Shown: in pieces, positions 1 to 11,639 of the stretch
Position numbering within the stretch: the first letter of the stretch is position 1
Layout: each line of letters begins with the position of its first letter
From: Macrostomum lignano
Lineage: Eukaryota
Length of the DNA: 64,000 bases
Reading direction: 5' to 3'
NCBI GenBank assembly: GCA_002269645.1
Contig: NIVC01000916.1
Coordinates: 227,354 to 291,353, forward strand
Made by a program: the position numbers and the translations under genes
The notes under the pieces: generated by a model
Databases searched by the model: none
What the model was told of the DNA's origin: nothing
Seen by the model: only the letters and a program-made list of their open reading frames with translations

Positions 1-205
1 TCCCTCACTCTGACCTCCCTCCCACTGACCTCCCTCACTCTGACCTCCCTCACTCTGACCTCCCTCCCACTGACCTCCATCACACTGACCTCCCTCAGTC
101 TGACCTCCCTCACTCTGACCTCCCTCACTCTGACCTCCCTCCCACTGACCTCCATCACACTGACCTCCCTCACATTGACCTCCCTCACACTGACCTCCCT
201 CACAT
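1..205. repeat. 15-bp minisatellite (tccctcactctgacc), cut by the window start
   Basis: About 13 tandem units with small variants. Confidence 0.95.
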
Positions 206-370
206 TTGAAAACTTTTATATTTCAATCGCCGGAGAATTTCCGCGGCGGTTGCGTAATCAACCTACTGTATCTTTAAATTCCGCATAAATAACCGCGCTA
301 TACCTCATTACCCAAAACTCTCAAATAGCGTTTTGCTAGCTGACCAACCAATCTGCTTCAAGCAAACAGA

Positions 371-778
371 ATGGCGACAAACTCGTCCAAGCGTCTTCTT
401 CTTGCGGCCACTGCGGGGCTTCTGTGCGCCATCGCGGCTTCCAGTCTGCCTGGTGGCTCCAGTAACGGACGGACAACGCTGGAACAAGGGCGGAGACCGC
501 TGGAACAATGGCGGACAACACAGGAACAATGGCGGAAAACACATGAACAATGGCGGACAACACAGGAACAATGGCGGACAACACAGGAACAATGGCGGAC
601 AACACAGGAACAATGGCGGACAACACAGGAACAATGGCGGACAACACAGGAACAATGGCGGACAACACAGGAACAATGGCGGACAACACAGGAACAATGG
701 TCGAAACAGCAAGAAGAAGGGCGGAGACCGCAGGAAGAAGGGTGGAAATTATTGAACTCATTGCTATCCAGCTATTCG
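371..778 (+). CDS. Probable exon 1 of a secreted FReD protein: signal peptide plus 21-bp (7-aa) tandem repeat
   Basis: ATG 371 gives MATNSSKRLLLAATAGLLCAIAASS (signal-like). Repeat ggaacaatggcggacaacaca at about 490-705. Phase-1 donor ttcg|GTGTGC at 779 matches the FReD exon only in the MADNTGT frame, which needs a frameshift and has TGA at 544-546. Confidence 0.5.
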
Positions 779-1573
779 GTGTGCTCTGCTCCTTGAACTG
801 TGCTTTCTCTCACAATAGGAAATGAAATTTGAGCCTCTTTGTTAATTTCATCATTGTATTGACTAGGCAATAAAGCTGAAGTGTTGCTTTGAGTAATACT
901 TTGTGAGCAGTTTTAACATTACATTTTTCATACAGTGTTTTTTAAACACTTTTTTTCAACTTTACTACATTCACACTGTAGCTGGATCGCTAGCTGTTCC
1001 TTTCCTGGTGTCGGGCCATCCTTGAGAGTCCAACCCGGTCAGGTGGAGCGGTAGGGTGGGTACCACGCCCCTTCGAGGGTAGCGCACCAACCTTTATCAT
1101 GGCCTTTATCATGACTCACTGTGAATAAGAACCCTTTACTAGGGACGGTGACCCTTCTAAACACCAACGTCAGTCCAAAGTACGTAGTTTTTCTCAATTA
1201 TTTGGCAATCGAAATCAATTATTTATCGATAATTTTGAAATCGATTTTCTGTCTGTCGAGATTGAAAGGCAATTACAGAATTTTGAATTATAACAGCAGT
1301 CCCTGTACCAGTCAGCCCCTAGAAGATAGATGAAAAGCCATTGTTGCCTGTATGAAGTGATGGCGCTCATGCTGAGGTGGCTGTCGCTGCGTTGCTAGGA
1401 ACTTAATTGTTGCAAGTTCCGCAAATTCCATGAATTTGGCCCATGCAGTTGGCTGAAAAAATTAAAAATCAAAAATTAAAAATGAAAAAAATTCACCGAT
1501 TTCATTTGCTGATTGAACACTTTTGCTTCTTGCTGCCCAAGTAAAAGAATGTACACTGCTCCAGCCACTCCAG

Positions 1574-1723
1574 ATTTTTCGGCCATGAGTTTCGGATACC
1601 TGCGGCAGATCGGCGGCCGGACATTCTGGGTGTTCCAGCAGAGACAGACGGGTCAAATCGCCTTCAACAGGAGCTGGGATGACTACGTCCGCGGCTTCGG
1701 GAATGCCACAGAGTTCTGGGCTG
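1574..1723 (+). CDS. FReD gene exon (fibrinogen C-terminal domain, N-terminal part)
   Basis: WVFQQRQTGQIAFNRSWDDYVRGFGNATEFWAG matches the FReD consensus. Acceptor at 1573 (alternative 1564), donor GTGAGC at 1724. Confidence 0.85.
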
Positions 1724-1815
1724 GTGAGCATCCCATGCAGTGCTGGGTGTAAAACATTGTCTGTGTGTGTGCTCAACTTGGCGAGTATGTAAGTTTTTGA
1801 CCATGCCAATTGCAG

Positions 1816-2262
1816 GACTCGATAACATCCACGATGTGAGTGCGAATAGCCCTAGAAACCTGCGAATCGAGGCCCAGACCTTCGAAGGAGAGTCCTACGC
1901 GTTCGAGTATCTCAGCTTCACGGTCGGGAACTGCAGCAAGAACTACAGGATGAACTGCGGCAGCTTACTCAACGCCAACAAGAGCTTTGGGAGCAACAGC
2001 TCCACCTTCACCTCCGACTTCTTGGCCGGGGCTCGAGAGGCTATCAGTTCTCCACCTTCAACAGGGACAACGACGCTTATTCCTCCTCAAGCTGCAGCAC
2101 CGGGTATGGCAGGGGCGGCTGCTGGTGGGGAAGCTGCATGAAATCCAACCTGAACGGCGTGCACTCAGCCACGCAGGCGTCCGGTGCCGCCTACAAGGCC
2201 TCGACTATCATTGGAGACTACGAGGCCCTCCGTATACGATGCAGATGATGCTGCGGGTGTGA
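1816..2262 (+). pseudogene. FReD last exon with two apparent -1 frameshifts (pseudogene or consensus errors)
   Basis: Intron 1724-1815 joins EFWA-G-LDNIH. After a shift near 2038 it reads GYQFSTFNRDND..C..GGCWWGSCMKSNLNG; after a shift near 2232 it reads YTMQMMLRV*. Confidence 0.8.
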
Positions 2263-2721
2263 ATTTTTGTCACAGTTCAATTATCAGTGTTAATGTCTGA
2301 AGATGCTTTTTAATAATCCAATTCTTTATATCGGTTGCGAAAAACAAAATTATCAGTGACTGACTATTGTCCTCATCTCGCGTTGTTACATTTTATTAAA
2401 CGGCAAAAAATCAAACTGTGAATCGCAACTCTCACAATTGTGTCTTCGTGTTTCTGGCAGAAACTTTTATGAAATTTTATTTAAACACGATTTCTTTTAT
2501 TTACGCTTGGATCTTTGTGTTAGGATGTTTTTGCTACACCATGCTCTGACAGCTAGAATTCTCACATTAAACTGCATTCCGATTCTGTTTTGTAATAACT
2601 GAAATTTTATGAGCATATTTATTGGAGTGAAATCAGCATCACTTATTCTATTCTGTTGGTGCTTTCTATTTAAATATATCCGCTTCTGTCCCACCAAAAG
2701 TAACTAAATAAAAGTTCGTTT

Positions 2722-2922
<201 letters not shown>

Positions 2923-4711
2923 GCATGAATTCACCTGCTGGCAGGCAGGCAACACAGAAGGCAGCAATATGAAGTCCACTTTGTTATTATGGCAGGAGAA
3001 ATGGTTGGACTCAATTGTTTAAAGGAACAGGAGCCCATATGGTTGGAAAATCTTCCAGTGCACTTGTAAAATGATTGTCACCGGCTTGAAATAGGACATA
3101 TGATGGAGTAGCTAAATTTAGTCTGAACTGAAACTGCACCGAACACCGCCTCCAGCAAAAAATCCCGTACTATATAAGAAGCACGAGGTAATGCTATTAC
3201 TCGGACTGGTATTAAGATAAATGACTGATTGCAATTGAAATACAGTATTTGCGATGTACGTGTAACTTCGAAGAGTTTAAGGAGTCAGAAACAGCAAACC
3301 TTTCGCTGGAACTTTGCTTGCTTGCCGGTTTTTTGAATTTTCGCGAATTTTTTTACGATTTGAGAGTTCAGCGGCACGACCTTTAGCCGTCCGAGACCTC
3401 AGCTGTTTCCGTCCGAACCTTTTAATGTCTTTTTGCATACATACTTTGCGGCTTGACAATGTCAGAGTTGGGACATTATTTTGAATTCTGGTTGAGTAAG
3501 TATCTTCGTAGCCAATATTCCAGCATAATGCACATCTGATGCATAAAAAATCTGGTAAAACCATGCGCGTTTACAGGACCCGAAAAAATCGCCATATGAC
3601 TAGGCCTATATGCAGCAGCAGCATATATATAATAAACTCCCGAGTTAAAGTGACGACAATTGTCCTTCAGCATTTTGAGTTCGCGAGTCCTCCAAATTTA
3701 CCTTAGGGATCATACTTCAAAAATGATAGAATAATTATACTACGGAAATCTGATGAATGTTTCAATACGTACTGTCGCACTGAGCTGCGACTTTCTGGTG
3801 GGTCATGTTTGGCTATCCCACGCGTTCTCAATCTTCTTAACCTTCAAACCCGCGGAGAAAGCTGCAGCTAAATTCGAGGGGCGGAGAATTTTGGTGGGTC
3901 AGTACTCATCTAACCCTGCTTTCGGGCCGAGTCTTACATGTCCGTCAAGGCCCAATTACATCGAGCTACATGCATGTGCAAAGCATTGCGTCGTGTGTTT
4001 TATTAAATTTACACTCATGGAGTGTATGTGGTGCCGTTCCGTCCATTTTCCTGGCGTCACAGTCTTCAATAATGCTCCGTTACCCAGCTTCGATGCAAAT
4101 TATCTTTCGCTGCCGTCCCTCGATTAACGCCTTCAACAAGTGAGCTATATACTGTTCCGCGAAACGTGTACAAAAATAATAGCTATTCTGTACCAGAAAA
4201 TCAAAATTTTGTAATGAAAACCAGCATAAAAAGGATTCAGACTGACAAGTAAATGTAGGATTACAATGCCCATTCTTTCTACAGCTAAATTGTTTTTATC
4301 AGCATACTTCCTACGTGTCAGTTTAAAATAATGATTTCCAGAAAAACGCCGAAGAAGTAATTCATCAGGGAAGGCTGTTGTATTAAATTTTCAATTGAAA
4401 GTTATTTGATAATATTAAAGACTCGGTCGGTTACTTAATAGAAACAAATTATTTTATAGTTTTAATTTTTAACTTGTGTTATCTTTGAAAGGTGTGAAAG
4501 TTGACTAAACTGTCTTAATAAACATCTAATCCGTCATTTTTTGTCATTGTCAAACTCAGTTTGCAAGAAGGTTCTTTATTTCAGTTAAATTAAACTATAT
4601 TTGATTATGATCATAAAAACCACTATTGTTTGAAAGCCTGTGTAGACTGTAAAAACGTAACTATATTAATACAGCCTAAACTTCTGTTAAAGTCAACCAA
4701 AGCTTCTTGTC

Positions 4712-4772
4712 ATGGCTACAGCTGTCTCATCTATTAAAAGTAAAGGAGATGAAGAGCTGGAAATGTGGCTTA
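4712..4772 (+). CDS. GGA: GGA exon 1 (MATAVSSIKSKGDEELEMWL)
   Basis: ATG 4712, donor A|GTAAGT at 4773. Phase 1 joins exon 2 as LEMWL-N-RATDP, like human GGA3 LESWLNKATNP and GGA1 INRATNP. Confidence 0.8.
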
Positions 4773-5624
4773 GTAAGTTTATTATTCAATTAATTCAAAC
4801 TTATTTGTTTCCACCTAATAATATTTAGCTTGCTTGCTAATAGTAAATTTATTATTGTATAATAATTTTTTTAAACATTTTTCACTAAATTGCTTTACAG
4901 GATTAAATTTTGCATTATAAGATCTTAGAGATTTAGTATATTGTGATTGAGTGTGAGTAATATTAGGCCTATAGCATTATAGCAAGTGTACATAGAAAAA
5001 TAGGTGGCCCTATAATGTATTTTTATATATTTTTAAAATTTCAAAGATTTTTTCCTTATTTTAAAAAAGTATCTTGTATATATATAAGTCAAGAAAAAAC
5101 ATTTTCAATATTAGTTGATTAGAAATTCTTTATAGGGCAGGTTTACCATAGTCAGAAAGGTGCCCTGTATGCCTGAATTTTCTGGCATGCATTAGCCCTT
5201 CATAGTTCATTAGTGTATGGGGAAATCCAAAAATCGGGGGCAAGTTTTATAAAATTTGTTTTTTGGCAATTTGAAAGCAATAAAGCTATAAAATAAAATT
5301 ATTCAAGTTTTTAAAAAGTAAAAAAGTCTATTAAAGCACAAATTATTTTCGTATAGCTTTATTTTTAATAAAATGATTTGTTAAAATGGTAAGTTTAATT
5401 ACAACCTAAAATGAGTCTAATGAAAATGATAGAAAAGCTATAATAATGTATTTTATTAACTTTAACTATCTTATAATGTTACACTTTATTATTCTACAAC
5501 ATTATTAACATTATTTTCAAGGGTTTATTTGTTTATCACTTTCGTTACTCTTGACAACGTGTATTTTGTAGAGTTTGTTTGCAATAAATTGTATTTAACG
5601 TAAGTTTATTATTTAAACATACAA

Positions 5625-6508
5625 ATTCCCGTAAGGATTGGAAAATTGCATTTTACTCAGCTTCTACTGAAGCGATTTGGAAAATTCTTTTTTTCCTGCA
5701 TACACGCCGCAATGATACATGTTTTAGTGTAATTTCATTGTTCTTCGTCACTTAATAAGCATACAGTAAGCATCTGATTTGGAAGCCGAGTAACACATTG
5801 GAATTCCCATAAGGATTGGAAAATTGCATTTTACTCAGCTTCTACTAAAGCAATTTGGAAAATTCTTTTTTTCCTGCATACACGCCACAATGATATATGT
5901 TTTAGTGTAATTTCATTGTTCTTCGTCACTTAATAGCATACAGTAAGCATCTGATTTGGAAGCCGGGTAACACATTGGAATTCCCATAAGGATTGGAAAA
6001 TTGCATTTTACTCAGCTTCTACTAAAGCGATTTGGAAAATTCTTTTTTTACTGGATACACGCTGCAATGATACATGTTTTAGTGTAATTTCATTATTCTT
6101 CGTCGCTTAATAAGCATACAGTAAGCATCTGATTTGGAAGCAGGGTAACACATTGGAATTTCCACAAGGATTGGAAAATTGCATTTTACTCAGCTTCTAC
6201 TAAAGCGATTTGGAAAATTCTTTTTTTCCTGCATACACGCCGCAATGATACATGTTTTAGTGTAATTTCATTGTTCTTTGTCACTTAATAAGCATACAGT
6301 AAGCATCTGATTTGGAAGCCGGGTAACACATTGGAATTCCCATAAGGATTGGAAAATTGCATTTTACTCAGCTTCTACTAAAGCAATTTGGAAAATTCCT
6401 TTTTTCCTGCATACACGCCACGATGATACATGTTTTAGTGTAATTTCATTGTTCTTCATCGCTTAATGAGCATACAGTAAGCATCTGATTAGGATACCGG
6501 GTTCACAT
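5625..6508. repeat. 177-178-bp tandem satellite, 5 copies, GGA intron 1
   Basis: aaggattggaaaattgc recurs at 5633, 5811, 5988, 6166, 6344. Confidence 0.95.
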
Positions 6509-8657
6509 TTTGTGGTACCATTTTTTACCCAAAATTTTTAAGTCTAAATATAGGCATATTACAAATACTAATACTATGCAAGTTGATATTTAAATGAAAG
6601 AAAACAACTTAAAGATTATTTTGCAACAAGGAATTAGCGATATATTTACTTTTAGAGAAAGATGTTTGCTGGCAAACTTTGCACTTTATATTAGTATGAA
6701 TTTTTGCGAGTTTATATGGTTTTAGAAAAACTTTGAAATCCTTAGAAATACTTCATCTTTTTGAATTGAATAAAAAGTAAAACATAGATTACTTTCTGTT
6801 TTGTAAGTAGTAAAAAAATTAGCCTTCTCTAAGGCCTACAAGTCTTAAAATTAATTGTTTAATAATGAAAAAAAGTAAAACAAAAAATTGCAAATTGGTC
6901 AACTCGGACTTTCAAAATACTTTTTTGTGGTTTTTTCTTATTTATTCAACAATATAAAGCATGAAAACAATAGTTTTTATCCAGAACTATTTTCTAAAGA
7001 CCTATCTATCTTTCAAAAAACCTTTTTTAGATATATTACTTTCTATCGAATGTCCGCAGATTTGTTTTACTGTTTTATCTTATGTTTTTGGATTTCGCCG
7101 TATATATTTAGCATGCTTGAACCCCATATTGTGGAAGGTTTTCTATGTACGCTGGACACATTTTAATTGAATTTTCAACTGTACACCAACAAATTTTAAA
7201 TGTATGCCAACTTAAAAAATAGTAAAAAAATTGAAAAATATTTAAATTTAAATTTAAATTACAAAAAATTGATAATGACATGACAATTGTTATGACAATT
7301 CTGGTAATTAAAATGATTAGTAAATGAGAAAATAGTAGCAAAAAAAGGTTTTTGAGATAACTTTACATAGAAAATGTACAAAAAATTATTTATATTAATT
7401 TGTACGCCAATTGTATATGCAACACTGTATATAGCCCAGAAATGTACGTTGGTATACACTACAAAACTCAAGTTTTCCAGAATTTTCCGGCATACACCCC
7501 TCCTTCTGCAATATGGCTTGAACCTTATAGTTATATTTGGCATACAAAAAGTAAGGGCCTGTTATAAGAAGCAACTTGAAAATAGATGCAAGTCCTTCTA
7601 GATTCTATAACAAAAGTCAAACATTTCAAAGAAAGAGATATATAGTTAAAAAGTGAAAAAACTACAAATAAAAAATAAAAAAATTAACTGAACATGATCA
7701 TGCCATTCAAAAAAATTAGGTATTAGAACTTTATGTAATTGCAAGTTTTTAAAGGAGTAATAACTAGGACACTTATTTTGTTATAATTTAAATATAAATG
7801 TTGAGCATAACAGTAGAAAAGGTCTTTTTTGTTATAGTACAAAAGTAAAGTTGCATAATTTTGAAATTTTGGCATATATGACAAAATCATATTTCTTTTT
7901 GAGGTAGGCCTCTTTCTTTTTACACAATTATTCTACAAAAACTATTATTTTCAAATCTGCATAAATCTAAGAAAAATGCTTTTTTGTTATACTGTACACT
8001 TTTTCCAAAATATTGTGCAAGCGCTTAATGCTACTAATAGTAATAATAATAGTTTTTGTAAATAAATTTGTCAATAATAATTTCGAGTTTAATCACTCAA
8101 GAATAATATTCACATATTATTTGTTTTAATCTTCTAACGTTTAATAATAATATTCATGTAAAATTTGTATGTATTTTTAATCTGAAAACTAATTTTAGCC
8201 CTATTTGTTTTAATACTGCATATATCAAAATTAATATTGATCAAGTCTTAAAATAGTATAAATAGACGGGATCTGGCCAGAGAGCCACCAACTTGGCTGA
8301 TTGCCTGTTCTTGCTACTGTAAATTAGTCTCAAGTCTTGCTACTTGTTGAGCTTTAAACTGTTACTTAGAAATCTTTTCAAGACTTAGTAAATTTTTCGA
8401 TTTGAAGAGTGAAGTGGAAGTTAATCATACCACAGATACTATTGATACGCAGAATACCAAGGAGATTCAAGTGAAACAAAGTAGATCTCAAGAATACATA
8501 TGCAGTATTAAGAAGGCTGTGACCCTCTAATCTCGGGAACGCCTAAAGGACTGGACTAGACGATCAGATACTTAAATAACTGCAAAAGAATTACAAGGAA
8601 GATCATTCTGAGAAATACATTCCAGGCCAATAGTAGACCACTCAGCATATACTAAAA

Positions 8658-8955
8658 ATGCTACCAATACATATACTAAAAATGCTACCAATACATATAC
8701 TAAGAATGCTACCAATACATATACTAAGAATGCTACCAATACATATACTAAGAACGCTACCAATACATATACTAAGAATGCTACCAATACATATACTAAG
8801 AATGCTACCAATACATATACTAAGAATGCTACCAATACATATACTAAGAATGCTACCAATACATATACTAAGAATGCTACCAATACATATACTAAGAATG
8901 CTACCAATACATATACTAAGAATGCTACCAATACATATATTAAGAACGCTACCAA
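8658..8955. repeat. 24-bp minisatellite (atgctaccaatacatatactaaga)
   Basis: About 12 near-perfect units. Confidence 0.95.
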
Positions 8956-10235
8956 TAGAAGTAGATACTTAGACTAATCCTTAGACATATACCTAGACTT
9001 ATTCTTAGACTTATACTTAGACTGATACTTATAGACTTATACTTAGACCTATTCTAAGAAACATTTCTCAGATTATTCTAATATTGATAAACTCATAATT
9101 TATTAATCAAATAATCTTGGTGGTTGCTACCAACCTAAGAAGAACACTTAAGAGATTAGTAAATTAGCCCTGTGACAGCTTTTGGTGACAGTGTGAAATT
9201 ATTATTAGAGACAGAAGTAACCCCTAGGACAACTTTGGTAGCAGCTCATAAGATAAGTGACTAGGCAAAGGCTAACAATAAGGAAGACAGAGTGAGCATA
9301 GGCCTAGCACAATATTTTGACAATATAATTATTTGTTTAAAATGATACAAAAATATAGTATTAATAGAAGTGAGTTTTGGTAGTTGAATATCAACTCACC
9401 TCCCGCAGTTCAAGCAATATAATACAGTTAAGAAGTTGAAAGGAGTATTCTAAGCAAATATAAATGAAGTTGTTTTCCAAGTTATTCATTTGCAGAAGAG
9501 AAGTGAAATGGTAGAGAGCATATACAGTACATACTACTGAGAAATAGAAGTAGTAGAAAGAGACAAAGTAGATCCTAGCAGTACATAGAAAACTACAGAG
9601 GCTATGACCCTCTGATCTTGGTAACACCCAGGATTGGAATACAGAAAGTACATATAACAGTAGACCAGTATACCACTCAGGCCAAATTACTAGTGAAGGC
9701 AACTAGAATGACAGTAAACTCTACTAGAATAACACAAGAATGATACTTGTAAGGGCTAAATAGTATTCTAATAATAATTCACAAACCAAATACTCAGACT
9801 TATGCTAAGATAAAGTACTCAGATATATACTCAGATTAATTCTAAGAAACATTCTCAGACTTAATGTAGGAAAAATAATTTAATAATAGAATAGTCTTGG
9901 TGGCAGCTACCAATATTAGAATAATTTGTAGAGAACAAGGACAAAATTTGCCTTGTTATAACTTTTGTAGCATTTTATGAGAGCATTCATAAAGATAGAA
10001 CAGTACCCCTTTGACATTTTTGGTGTACTTTGCATATACCTATACCTAATCTTTTGTCCAAAACTCTAGTGTACACTGCACACCCTGATAGTGGCAGGTT
10101 TATAGGTTTCTAATTCATTTTTTCTATTTGTTTGTCTACTAAACAGACAAAAAGTTTATTTAAAAACTATCTGCTAGGAAATTGGGGTTGAGAATGGAGT
10201 GAGTGGGATAAAATAGGGAGTAGGGTGGGAAGCTA

Positions 10236-10454
10236 CTTAATGTTTCTATTAATACTGGTTAAATGCTATAGGTTAACATTTCTATTAATATTGGTTAAAT
10301 GCTATAGGTTAACATTTCTATTAATATTGGTTAAATGCTATAGGTTAACATTTCTATTAATATTGGTTAAATGCTATAGGTTAACATTTCTATTAATATT
10401 GGTTAAATGCTATAGGTTAACATTTCTATTAATATTGGTTAAATGCTATAGGTT
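10236..10454. repeat. 36-bp minisatellite (ttaatattggttaaatgctataggttaacatttcta)
   Basis: 6 units. Confidence 0.95.
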
Positions 10455-11376
10455 CCATCACTTTAATAAACTATTATATGATGTATATATATTTTTTACA
10501 GAAAGAATAATAGGCTTGATTTCAAACCAGTGGAACTAAAACTATTGTATTAAAAAAATTTAGAAATAAAAATATCAACAAATTGTTTTTCTTATTCAAC
10601 AATTCTCAGATCCAGAACATGAAATGCATGCAAATTAGGCAATAAACAAATTCAACAATAGAAATTTAATATGGACAAATTTGGCAAAAGCTAATCTGGC
10701 AACAATCTAGGCAAGTTTAACAACAAATCTTGTTAAGTCTGATTTTTATCAAAAACAAGGCTTTAGATATAAGCCATCTATTAGACCAACCCCTATCCCC
10801 TTTAACAGCATAATATATGATTTGAACTTAAGTATTAGATGTGCATTGTCAGTTAAGTGCACTGCAGAAAATGTACATCAGAATAGAAGTACTATCAATT
10901 GATACTACTACTGTACATGTGAATGTACATTTAGATTTCTGTGGCAAAGAGGTGCCTTAAAACTCTAGCCACTAAACTCCTGCATGACCTTTGATAGAAA
11001 AAAATTGATAGACATTGCATGTCTTTGAGAATGATTAAAATTTTCTTGGAAAGCATATTTGAATTAAAGTACAGGATAAATAATGAATAAAACAAACTTT
11101 ATTGAAAAGGAATGCTAATATGCATTGTCTAATACCATTGTACCAAAAATTAATAAGATCATAGTATACAATTTTTAGTATATATACAAAACACTGTTAG
11201 GATAATAAGGGATTCCCTAAGTGTGACTTGTATTTTGCTATCTTTTTCGATTGTACTTCTTTGCTTGAATACCTGAAACAAATCTTGAATAAAAATGTCT
11301 GAAATCTATCAAATGCAAATACTTTCATTTTTTCATACTATATATAAATACCATTTAATTTAAATAACCTTCACAG

Positions 11377-11612
11377 ACCGAGCCACTGACCCAACTAATC
11401 GAGAAATCAACTGGGACGCTGTGAACAAATTTAGTCAGCAAGTCAGCAAAGAGCTGGAAGGCCCGCAGATTGCTCTGCGCTTATTGGCTCACAAGATCCA
11501 CAGCCCGCAGGAGAATGAGGCTCTCTACGCTCTGGCTGTCACCGAGGCTTGCGTGCGCAACTGCGGCCCCGTGTTTCACCAGGAGCTGGGGAAATTCCGC
11601 TTTCTTAATGAG
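11377..11612 (+). CDS. GGA: GGA exon 2 (VHS domain)
   Basis: RATDPTNREINW..EGPQIALRLLAHKIHSPQE..GKFRFLNE is the GGA VHS motif; tcacAG acceptor, GTATGC donor. Confidence 0.95.
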
Positions 11613-11639
11613 GTATGCCAGCTTACTGTTACTTGTTAC

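Noticed and set aside
371-796. Neuropeptide-precursor reading (signal peptide, GRR sites, repeats)
   Set aside because: Repeats lack amidation or dibasic flanks; a FReD exon downstream is the better explanation
5625-6508. CRISPR-like arrays (also 33438-34260 and 38840-39585)
   Set aside because: No unique spacers, eukaryotic context, no cas genes
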